A DNA stretch of 27,185 nt, from the NCBI GenBank assembly GCA_044222475.1, contig JBGANF010000108.1, positions 1 through 27,185 of the forward strand, written 5' to 3'. Shown here one piece after another: positions 8,177 through 16,006 of this stretch. Under the pieces are notes generated by a model that saw only the letters and a list, made by a program, of their open reading frames with translations, had not been told where the DNA came from and did not search any database. The DNA is from Polyangiaceae bacterium (GTDB taxonomy: Bacteria; Myxococcota_A; Polyangia; Polyangiales; Polyangiaceae). The position numbers and the translations under genes are program-made. How positions within the stretch are numbered: the first letter of the stretch is position 1; each line of letters begins with the position of its first letter.

Positions 8177-9103
8177 ATGCCTACATCAGCGAAGATTTTC
8201 GCCGTGATTTCATGCATGTTGGTCGCCTCGGCGGCGTGCGTTGCCCAGGATGATGGCGGCGGCGGCGACGAAGGGATGGAGGCCGAAGAGCTCTCGACCA
8301 AGACGGTACGCATCCCGTCGAGCGGCTCGGTGACCTTCACGATCAACGCGACGAAGGCGGCGAACGTCGCGCTCATCGTCGACTGCCACCCGTCGTCGAA
8401 CCCCGACGTGGTCGGCCCCGAGTTCAAGATCGCAGCGCCGTCGCTCGGCATCTCGTCGCCGGAGCCGCGCGCCGGGTTCTTCAGCCGCGCCGGAGAGATC
8501 CCCGCCGGCAAGCACGTGCTCACCTTCACGAGCGTCAACGGCGCGGCGACCTGCTCGGTCCGGACGACGCCGGCGAAGAACGCCTGCCACGAGTGGACCG
8601 AGACGCGCTCGGTCAACACGAACCACACGCACTACGCCGTCGGCAGCGACACGTCGAAGGACTGGGAAGCGTTCCCCGCATCCGGCAACCACTGGGGTGC
8701 GTGGGCCAAGTGGGGCACCGTGTACGATCGCCCGGTCAAACGTGGCTTCCTGCTGCACAACCTCGAGCACGGCGGCTTGGTGTTCAGCTACAAGTGCGCG
8801 TCGGCGAGCGGCACCGCGTGCAGTGCTGCGCGCGATCAGATGGTCGCCCTCGCCAACTCGTTCGGCCAGGCCCGCGTCATCGTGACGCCGGACCCGACTC
8901 AGCCGACGAAGTTCGCGGTTCGCGGCTGGCGCTCGGCGTACACGGCCGACTGCCTCGACGAGACGAGCGCGCTCGCCTTCGCGAAGGCGCGCTTCCGCCA
9001 CGGCCGCGAAGACGAAGACGCGAACCCGCCGATCCCGTTCGACCCGACCGGGACGACCGTGCCGTGCCACGACCTCATGGCCGCACCCGACTCCTGCAAC
9101 TGA
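8177..9103 (+). CDS. DUF3105 domain-containing exported protein, probable lipoprotein
   Basis: Signal peptide with SAAC; PASGNHW...WGTVYD...LLHNLEHGGLVFSY is the DUF3105 signature. Confidence 0.8.
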   Translation: MPTSAKIFAVISCMLVASAACVAQDDGGGGDEGMEAEELSTKTVRIPSSGSVTFTINATKAANVALIVDCHPSSNPDVVGPEFKIAAPSLGISSPEPRAGFFSRAGEIPAGKHVLTFTSVNGAATCSVRTTPAKNACHEWTETRSVNTNHTHYAVGSDTSKDWEAFPASGNHWGAWAKWGTVYDRPVKRGFLLHNLEHGGLVFSYKCASASGTACSAARDQMVALANSFGQARVIVTPDPTQPTKFAVRGWRSAYTADCLDETSALAFAKARFRHGREDEDANPPIPFDPTGTTVPCHDLMAAPDSCN

Positions 9104-9134
9104 TCGTCCGTCGTTGGCGCTAGACTGCACTCGC

Positions 9135-9728
9135 GTGCAGAAACGGTTCTCGTATTACGACCGCCTCTCCGCCGCGGAGAAGGCCACCTACCGCAAGAGC
9201 GACGCGATCGCCGAGGTGGTCCTGCCGGATCCGTCCGCGCTCGCGCCGCGCGTCGCCGAGCTCGAGGCCGCGCTCGCGAGTGGCAAACGCCTGGCCACCG
9301 CGCGAGCGTCCACCGCGCTCGTCACCGCGATGACGAAGCAGCTCGGCGTGTCCGCGGTGACGGTGAAGGTGCGCAACGTGCGACCGGAGTACGGAGGAGG
9401 CGAACTGCACGGCCTCTACACGTTCGCCGAGAAGGGCGAGACGCCGACGATCGAGGTGTGGATGCGCACCGCCGCGAACGCGCGCGTCGTCCGCTTCCGC
9501 ACGTTCCTCCGCACGTTGATCCACGAGGTGCTGCACCACCTCGACGTCACGCTGTTCGAGCTCGACGACAGCTTCCACACCGAAGGCTTCTTCCGTCGCG
9601 AGTCGGCGCTGGTGCGCAAGCTCGCACCGAAGGTGGAGACGGCGCAGCCTCTCGCTCCGACCACGGAGCGAGAGGCCCGTCCGTCGCTGCCGCGTCAGCT
9701 CGACCTGTTCGCGACGTCGCGCGGGTGA
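9135..9728 (+). CDS. Putative SprT/WLM-like zinc metalloprotease with C-terminal beta-clamp motif
   Basis: HGLY, RTLIHEVLHH...SFHTEGFF (HEXXH plus third His); C-terminal QLDLF. Start is GTG 9135 or TTG 9114. Confidence 0.7.
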   Translation: MQKRFSYYDRLSAAEKATYRKSDAIAEVVLPDPSALAPRVAELEAALASGKRLATARASTALVTAMTKQLGVSAVTVKVRNVRPEYGGGELHGLYTFAEKGETPTIEVWMRTAANARVVRFRTFLRTLIHEVLHHLDVTLFELDDSFHTEGFFRRESALVRKLAPKVETAQPLAPTTEREARPSLPRQLDLFATSRG

Positions 9729-9731
9729 CGC

Positions 9732-10100
9732 TCAGATCCCGAGCTGCTTGCGCACGCTGACGACGGTCTGGATCGACTTCGCGACCTCGGCTCCGGTCAC
9801 GCAGTGGACGACGTTGACGTCCTCCACGAGGTGGCGCGCCTTGTACAGGATCGTCTTGTACTCCTCGGAGTCGACCAGCGTGCGGAGCTGGTCCACTTCG
9901 CCCTCGAGGATCATGAACCCACCGAAGTGCTGGGTGTTGCCGTTGGTCGCGAGGTAGGTGCGAAGCGCGGCGATCTTTCCCTCTTTCTCGAGCCGCGAGT
10001 AGTACTCGACCGCTCCCATGAAGACCTCGAGCGACTTCGCCTCGCGCCCCGGAATGGCGTTCCCCCAGCTCACGTAGACGGCTGCGTTTGCGTTGGCCAT
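9732..10100 (-). CDS. Hypothetical protein (122 aa)
   Basis: RBS AAGGAG before ATG 10100; strong GC3 bias; alternating beta/alpha pattern (VYVSWG...GREAKSLEVF...GGFMILEG). Confidence 0.75.
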   Translation of the reverse strand: MANANAAVYVSWGNAIPGREAKSLEVFMGAVEYYSRLEKEGKIAALRTYLATNGNTQHFGGFMILEGEVDQLRTLVDSEEYKTILYKARHLVEDVNVVHCVTGAEVAKSIQTVVSVRKQLGI

Positions 10101-10205
10101 GACTGTTCTCCTTGAAAAACGGAGGACGGCACGCGGCACTTCGCGATCGGCCCCCCGATGCGGTCGGGCATACGGCGACGCGAAACGCTCGTCAACCCAC
10201 GGCGG

Positions 10206-10928
10206 TCAGGCCGCTCGCAGCGGCGCTATTGCAGCCTCGTCGCTCGTGTAGATCGGAGTGTACACCGGCGGATCGTCGAGCCCGAGCTCGCGCCGGACCT
10301 CGACGAGCGGACGCGCGAGCATGGCCTCCCAGTCCACCGCCGCGAGCCACTCTGCGCGGAGCCCGCGGACGAACCCGCGCGCGATCACGCCACGCGCGCC
10401 GGGGATGACGCCGATCTTCGCGAAGCCGGCGAGCGCGATGAGACCCGCGCCCGGGTTCTTGGTCTGCGCGAAGATGAACGCCAAGATCGCGGCCTCGCCG
10501 ACGAGGTCGCCGCGGTAGCCGGTGACGACGTGCCACAGGTCGTGCATGTCGCGCATGCGATCCGCGAAGCGCAGGCGGTCTTCGTCGAGGTCGGCCTCGA
10601 CGGCCTCGGGCTCGCTCGCCTCGACGAGCCCCTGCGCCGTGATCTGATGCGAGCGCAGGAACTCGAGGTACGCGTGACCGACGGTCCCCGCCGGCAGCGT
10701 CTCGAGGCGCGCGGTGTCGGACAGCGCCGCGAGGAGCGAGCGCCGCTCGCGAAGGACCGCACGGCCTGCGTCGGTGCTCGAGAAGCGGCGGTACATGCGC
10801 TCCGCCGTGCCGCCGCCGAGCGCCTTCACGATGCGAAAGGCCTGCTTGGTGTCGTCCGGGTTTTCGATCAACGCGCGGAGAGCGCTGCGGGCAGCGCTGA
10901 AGTCGAACTTGGTGGGGAAGGTGCTCAT
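10206..10928 (-). CDS. Coq4 family protein
   Basis: LPAGTVGHAYLEFL and the HDxxH-x11-E metal motif HDLWHVVTGYRGDLVGE; DWEAMLARPLVEVRRELG; RBS AGGAG. Confidence 0.88.
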   Translation of the reverse strand: MSTFPTKFDFSAARSALRALIENPDDTKQAFRIVKALGGGTAERMYRRFSSTDAGRAVLRERRSLLAALSDTARLETLPAGTVGHAYLEFLRSHQITAQGLVEASEPEAVEADLDEDRLRFADRMRDMHDLWHVVTGYRGDLVGEAAILAFIFAQTKNPGAGLIALAGFAKIGVIPGARGVIARGFVRGLRAEWLAAVDWEAMLARPLVEVRRELGLDDPPVYTPIYTSDEAAIAPLRAA

Positions 10929-10959
10929 CGAAGGCTCCTAGGTGACGGCTCCATCGCCG

Positions 10960-10998
10960 ACTGACAACATTGTTAGTAGCACTTACAATCTTGTCAAC
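10960..10998. promoter_or_regulatory. Two tandem TetR-type operators overlapping divergent sigma70 promoters
   Basis: ACTGACAA-CA-TTGTTAGT (10960-10977) and ACTTACAA-TC-TTGTCAAC (10981-10998). Plus strand CTGACA-N17-TACAAT; minus strand TTGACA-N17-AACAAT. Confidence 0.75.
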
Positions 10999-11042
10999 CA
11001 CGCGAAGGTCGATTGTCGCGAAGCCCACGAAAGGACTAGTCT

Positions 11043-11693
11043 ATGGCGGTGCCCCCGCGAAAAAAGGCCGCGCCCAAGAAACGCACGAAGCCGACGGGCG
11101 ACGCGAAGGAGCGCATCCTCGAGGTCGCCAGCCGCATGCTCGGCGAGGTCGGGCCCGACGGTCTGCGGCTCCAGGAGATCGCGCGCGAGGTCGGCGTGTC
11201 GCACCCTGCGATCCTCCATCACTTCGGATCGAGGGCCGGGCTCGTCCACGCCGTCGTCGAGCGCGCGCTCATCGCGCTCGAAGAGGACGTCGCGCGAGCG
11301 CTGGTCATCGGCGAAGGCGAGAAGGACCCGGCCGCGATCCTCGAGATCTGCTTCCGCGCGCTCGCCGAGCACCGCTATGGGCGCCTCATCGCGTGGCTCG
11401 CCCTGGCCGAGGTCGACGAGCGCAAGGTGATGTCGCGGATCGGCGCCGTCGTCGAGCTCGTCCACGCGATCCGCGCGCGGCGGTTCGCGGAGATTGGAGT
11501 CGAGTGCCCCCCGCTCGAGGACACGGCCAACGTCGTGATGCTCGCGAGCTTCGCGCTCCTCGGCGACTCGATCTGCGGTCACACGCTCCGTCAGGTCATG
11601 CCCGAGCAGAAGAGCGACCCCAAGGGCGAGCGCTTCCGACGCTGGCTGGCTGCTCGGCTCGTGAGCGTCCTCCAGATGCCGCGCGGGACGTGA
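11043..11693 (+). CDS. TetR/AcrR family transcriptional regulator
   Basis: N-terminal HTH: RILEVASRML...GLRLQEIAREVGVSHPAILHHFGSR. Confidence 0.93.
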   Translation: MAVPPRKKAAPKKRTKPTGDAKERILEVASRMLGEVGPDGLRLQEIAREVGVSHPAILHHFGSRAGLVHAVVERALIALEEDVARALVIGEGEKDPAAILEICFRALAEHRYGRLIAWLALAEVDERKVMSRIGAVVELVHAIRARRFAEIGVECPPLEDTANVVMLASFALLGDSICGHTLRQVMPEQKSDPKGERFRRWLAARLVSVLQMPRGT

Positions 11694-11714
11694 GGTCTGG
11701 TAGAGATCGGTCTC

Positions 11715-11939
11715 ATGCCCCACGACAGCTTCGATCCCGAGTACGTCTTCTCTCACCACCACGCCACGCCGGAGAAGCTCGCCCACTTCGCGGCCATCCA
11801 CGAGAGCGCGAAGAGCTTCGCCAACGTGATCCTGAAGCACGTCCCCGAGTGCGACGATCGCCTGGCGGTGCTGCGGCTCCTGCGCGAAGCGTCGATGCTC
11901 GCGTGCTCGGCAGTGTCGCTCGACGGCCGGCTGAAGTAG
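11715..11939 (+). CDS. Small Acb2/Tad1-like helical hairpin protein
   Basis: 74 aa, high GC3. F.HH...IHESAKSFANVI...VP...R...LREASM.A.SAV parallels the pattern I recall for this family (FTYH..IR..AK.LA..I...P.SRE..A...LEEA.MWAN.AIA). Confidence 0.65.
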   Translation: MPHDSFDPEYVFSHHHATPEKLAHFAAIHESAKSFANVILKHVPECDDRLAVLRLLREASMLACSAVSLDGRLK

Positions 11940-11957
11940 CGCCTCCGGCCCAGCGGC

Positions 11958-12773
11958 TCAGTGGGTGTGCGCGTTGCACATCGCGTTGCAGTCGTTGATG
12001 TAGCGCGCCTTGTCGGCTTCCTGGCATGCGCCCCCGTCGTTGCCGTCCCAGAACGTGCCGGTCGATTGGCAGCAGTACTGGCAGGCGTCGGGCTCGTCCG
12101 GGTTCTGCTTCGCGCAGCCGTCGACGGACGGAACGTGGATCCCCGCGTCTTGAGGAAGGCAACAGGATGCTGCATCGCCCGCGGCAGCGTCTTCGTATTG
12201 GCTCCCGCACATCTTCGCCATGCACGCCGCGCCGGCGCCGCTCGCGACGTCGGGGGGGAGCACGAGCGTGCCGTCGCAGTTCTTCTTCGCCGGGAAGCAG
12301 CACTTGATCGAGGGCGCCTGCGGTTCGACGATGCAGATGTTGCTGCCATCGACGTACCAGTTCATCGTGTGGCCCGCGAGACTCCTCAGGTTGTCGCACG
12401 ACATCGTCCAACTGGGTTTGCAGGCGACGATTCCGACGGTGCGCTTGGGGTTGTCCTCCTTGCACTTCATCGCGGCGTAGTGGCACTCGTGGGTGAAGAT
12501 GTCGTATCGCCCCTGCGCCCCCGCGTGCGTCCCGTAGGGAACGATGCAGAGTGCGCCGCTCTCGCCGGAGCACGATCCGGCATCGGAGGCTGCTCCGGAA
12601 TCCGCACACGCGTCACCGTTGGTGTCGACTGCCGCGTCGGCGACGATGCCGAGCTCTTCGGTTTCGACCGAGTCGGCGGTCGACACCGAACAGGCGAGAA
12701 CGACAAGGGGAAGCGCCGCCGCGAGTAGGCGAAGCGGGCGCACGCGCATGAGCGACGGGAGAGAATTCATCAC
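11958..12773 (-). CDS. Cys-rich lipoprotein with putative papain/transglutaminase-like Cys-His-Glu triad
   Basis: Lipobox VLAC; 23 Cys; HECHYA...GHTMNW...IVEPQ. The exact start is uncertain (12773, 12770 or 12749). Confidence 0.7.
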   Translation of the reverse strand: MMNSLPSLMRVRPLRLLAAALPLVVLACSVSTADSVETEELGIVADAAVDTNGDACADSGAASDAGSCSGESGALCIVPYGTHAGAQGRYDIFTHECHYAAMKCKEDNPKRTVGIVACKPSWTMSCDNLRSLAGHTMNWYVDGSNICIVEPQAPSIKCCFPAKKNCDGTLVLPPDVASGAGAACMAKMCGSQYEDAAAGDAASCCLPQDAGIHVPSVDGCAKQNPDEPDACQYCCQSTGTFWDGNDGGACQEADKARYINDCNAMCNAHTH

Positions 12774-12819
12774 GGGTTCCTTGGCAAAGTGGGGTCACCT
12801 TCGACCCGACCCGACGCAG

Positions 12820-12836
12820 TGCAAGGCGGGGGCCAA
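12820..12836 (-). promoter_or_regulatory. Sigma54 -24/-12 promoter
   Basis: Minus strand TTGGCCCCCGCCTTGCA (GG-N10-GC, TTGCA), between a sigma54 activator gene and the lipoprotein start. Confidence 0.75.
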
Positions 12837-12918
12837 CCCGAAACGCGCGCCGCGCAGCGGGTTTTCGTGGCGCCGATCCCAGCTTGGGACACGAAGCGCA
12901 AGTTTGGTACTTCGGGAG

Positions 12919-14250
12919 CTACGAGCGCTTGCGCGGTCGCGCGAAGCCCAGCTTGCCCAGGCGATACACCAAGGTGCGACGCGAGATCCCGAGGAGGGCG
13001 GCGGCCTCCTTCTGGTTCCCCGCGCACTTCTCGAGCGCGGCCGCGATCCGCCGTCGTTCGACCGACTCCAACTCGGCCTCGAGCGGCGCGCCATCGTCGA
13101 CGACGCGGCGCGACCCTGCGCTCGCACCGCGCGGAGCGCGCGCTTCGGGAAGCATGAGATCCGCGGGCTCGATGACGTTGCCGCGGGCGATGGCGACAGC
13201 GCGCTCCATCACGTTGCGCAGCTCGCGGACGTTTCCCGGCCAAGGATACGCCTGGAGCGCCACTGCGGCCGAAGCCCCAATCGACTTCGCGGTGGCGCCG
13301 TGCTCGACGCACGCGCGCGCCGCCGCCTGACGCGCGAGCGGTAGGATCTCCTCCGGCCGATCCCGCAGTGGCGGGATGCGCACGACGACGCCATTGAGGC
13401 GGTAGAGCAAGTCCTCGCGAAAGCGCCCTGCGGCGACCATCTCTTCGAGGGACCGATTGGTCGCAGAGATGACGCGCGCATCGATCGAACGTGGTGTCGT
13501 GCTCCCGACGCGAACCACTGTCTGGGTCTCGAGCACGCGCAGAAGCTTGGGCTGGAGCTCGATGGGTAGCTCGCCGATCTCGTCCAAGAACAGCGTCCCG
13601 CCGTGGGCACTCTCGAAGTATCCGGCCTTCGCCGCGTGTGCGCCGGTGAAGGCGCCACGCTCGTGCCCGAAGAGCTCGCTCTCGAAGAGCGTCGGCGCGA
13701 TGGCAGCGCAGTTGACGCGAACGAACGGCCCCGTCGTTCGCTCCGAGGCCTCGTGCGCTTCCTCGGCGAAGAGCTCCTTGCCGACGCCGCTCTCACCGAC
13801 GAACAAGATCCGCAGCGACGTCCGCGCGACGCGGCGAACGAGCTGCCGAAGCTCCTCGATCTGGCGGGACACCACGATCCGAGCGCTCGGCCCGTCGGCC
13901 GTCGCTTCTCGAGCACCGGTCTGCAAAAAGCACAGCGTGTTGCCGACGCGAAACACGCACGTCGGTGAGATCGGCACCACCTTGCGACTCGGGATGCGCT
14001 CTCCGTCGACCCACGTCCCGTGACGACTCCGATCTTCGAGGGACGGCTGCGGCCCGAGCGTCAACAGCGCGTGCTCCCTCGATACCTTGGGGTCATCGAC
14101 GATGACGTCGCCCGTTTCATCGCGCCCGATCCGCACCGACGCGATTCCCGCGAGCGGGTAGGAACGAAGTGGACCGTGAAGCGCGACGACGAGCAGGCGC
14201 GGGCCCGACGGCTCGGCGCCTCCCGCGGTTTCTTGAGTCGCCTCGGCCAT
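12919..14250 (-). CDS. FHA-domain sigma54 enhancer-binding protein
   Basis: FHA: IGRD...VSREHA...SRHGTWVDG; AAA+: GESGVGKE, ESELFGHERGAFTGA, LFLDEIGE, FREDLLYRL, WPGNVREL; Fis-type HTH. Confidence 0.96.
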   Translation of the reverse strand: MAEATQETAGGAEPSGPRLLVVALHGPLRSYPLAGIASVRIGRDETGDVIVDDPKVSREHALLTLGPQPSLEDRSRHGTWVDGERIPSRKVVPISPTCVFRVGNTLCFLQTGAREATADGPSARIVVSRQIEELRQLVRRVARTSLRILFVGESGVGKELFAEEAHEASERTTGPFVRVNCAAIAPTLFESELFGHERGAFTGAHAAKAGYFESAHGGTLFLDEIGELPIELQPKLLRVLETQTVVRVGSTTPRSIDARVISATNRSLEEMVAAGRFREDLLYRLNGVVVRIPPLRDRPEEILPLARQAAARACVEHGATAKSIGASAAVALQAYPWPGNVRELRNVMERAVAIARGNVIEPADLMLPEARAPRGASAGSRRVVDDGAPLEAELESVERRRIAAALEKCAGNQKEAAALLGISRRTLVYRLGKLGFARPRKRS

Positions 14251-14275
14251 CCGGTGCGAGAATACGAGACTTCGG

Positions 14276-16006
14276 ATGGAACGAGATTCGCAATTGCCGG
14301 TGCCGGTGCAAACGTTGCTTGGTGACCGCTACCGACTCGAGAAGGTGCTGTCGTCGGGCGGCTTCGGAACCGTCTACGAGGCGGTCCAGGTCGATCTCGG
14401 CCGGCGCGTTGCGGTGAAGGTCCTTCGGGAGGCGGCGAGGCTCGCTCCGGATGCGCTCGCGCGGTTCGAACGAGAAGCCAAGGCCACCGGCTCGCTCGGT
14501 CACACGCACATCGTGCAGGTGACCGACTTCAGCGCGGGTCCGCCTCCATTCCTCGTGATGGAGCTTCTCTCGGGTGCGCCTCTCGCTACTGCCCTCGCGG
14601 ACGCAGAACGACTCCCCGTGGGTCGCGCGTTGCGAATCGCGCTTCAAGTTCTGTCTGCGCTCGGAGCGGCACACGCGCTCGGCATCGTCCATCGGGACAT
14701 CAAGCCCGCGAACCTCTTCCTCGTGTCGACGGCGACGGGCGAAGATCTCGTGAAGGTCCTCGACTTCGGGATCGCCAAGGCGACGCTCGCCGATGATGGT
14801 GCACGGACCGAGTCGGGCGTCGTGCTCGGTACCGTCCGATACATGGCACCCGAACAGGCCATCGGCGCGCCCGTCGACGCACGCGCCGACCTCTACGCCG
14901 TGGGCGCGGTCTTGTATCGAATGCTGAGCGGGGCGAACGTGGTCGAGGCACGATCCGTCGCCGAGCTGTTGCACGAGCTCGCGCGCGGTCCGATTCCGCT
15001 CGAGCAGCGGATGCCCGAGTTGCCCGGTGCGATCGCCGATGTCGTGATGCGCGCCCTGACTCCCGATCCCGCCGGCAGATTCGAGAGTGCTGCCGCCATG
15101 GCGCTCGCGCTCTCGAAGGCGGGAGACGTCTCGGCGCCGGCATGGGCCGAACGCGCGGCACCCAATGAACGTTCCGCCTCGACGACCGCTCCGACGCGTC
15201 GTGACGGAGCGGACGGCAGCCCGTCGACGCGAACCAAGCCCACCGAAGGGACCTTCGAGCCCCACGCGAAAGCGACGGAGACGGTTCGCGCGGGCGCAGC
15301 GAAAGGCGGCATGATCGGCGCCGGGATCCTCGGCGCTGCCGCCATCCTCGCGCTCACGATCCTCTACGTCACGAGCAAGCGTTCGGAGACGCCCGTCACC
15401 GTGGCGTCGAATGCTCCGTTCGCTCCGTCCGGCGCCGCGTCGGACGCGCCTCCGCCGCGAACCGCCGAGACGCCCACCGCGTCGATCTCCACGTCGAACG
15501 ACGCAGCCGCGCCGGCGGCGCGCAGCAAGACCTTCGTCGACGACCGCGGCGCGGAGTACACGCCGATTCCGACCGTCCGCGATCCCGCCGGTCGATCGTG
15601 GTGGGCGATCGGTCCGATGTGGTTCTGGCCGACCTCGACGCCGCCGCAGCCGAAGAGCCTCCACGCAAGCCAAGTCGACACGTGTGACTCGACGTGTCCC
15701 GATCTCGTCGCGGCGGACGCGGTGCTCCGCACCTGCGCGCCGCTCGCCCAATCCACGCCGTGCCTGCGCGTCCGCAACTACTACTTCACGCTCCAATGGA
15801 GAGGCGGCCAGCTCGCGCGCCAGTACGGCGAGTGCGAGTCCGTCGACGAGTCGCAGCCCACGCGGCCACGCATGGTGTTCGTCAAGGAGCCCGCGGAGCC
15901 GAGGCTCGACGCGTGCCTCGTCGGTGCGCTGCGGCCCGTGGTGGAGAAGTACCTGACTCGCGCGACGGATTCGCCGACGAGCGTCTTCGTCCAAATCGAT
16001 CGATAG
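14276..16006 (+). CDS. Membrane-anchored Ser/Thr protein kinase
   Basis: GGFGTVY, VAVK, HRDIKPAN, DFG, GTVRYMAPE; transmembrane segment IGAGILGAAAILALTILYV; Pro/Thr linker; Cys-containing C-terminal domain. Confidence 0.95.
   Translation: MERDSQLPVPVQTLLGDRYRLEKVLSSGGFGTVYEAVQVDLGRRVAVKVLREAARLAPDALARFEREAKATGSLGHTHIVQVTDFSAGPPPFLVMELLSGAPLATALADAERLPVGRALRIALQVLSALGAAHALGIVHRDIKPANLFLVSTATGEDLVKVLDFGIAKATLADDGARTESGVVLGTVRYMAPEQAIGAPVDARADLYAVGAVLYRMLSGANVVEARSVAELLHELARGPIPLEQRMPELPGAIADVVMRALTPDPAGRFESAAAMALALSKAGDVSAPAWAERAAPNERSASTTAPTRRDGADGSPSTRTKPTEGTFEPHAKATETVRAGAAKGGMIGAGILGAAAILALTILYVTSKRSETPVTVASNAPFAPSGAASDAPPPRTAETPTASISTSNDAAAPAARSKTFVDDRGAEYTPIPTVRDPAGRSWWAIGPMWFWPTSTPPQPKSLHASQVDTCDSTCPDLVAADAVLRTCAPLAQSTPCLRVRNYYFTLQWRGGQLARQYGECESVDESQPTRPRMVFVKEPAEPRLDACLVGALRPVVEKYLTRATDSPTSVFVQIDR

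Noticed and set aside
11715..12773. Prophage remnant or toxin-antitoxin pair around the Acb2/Tad1-like gene
   Set aside because: No integrase, att-like repeat or phage structural gene, and the two genes are convergent.
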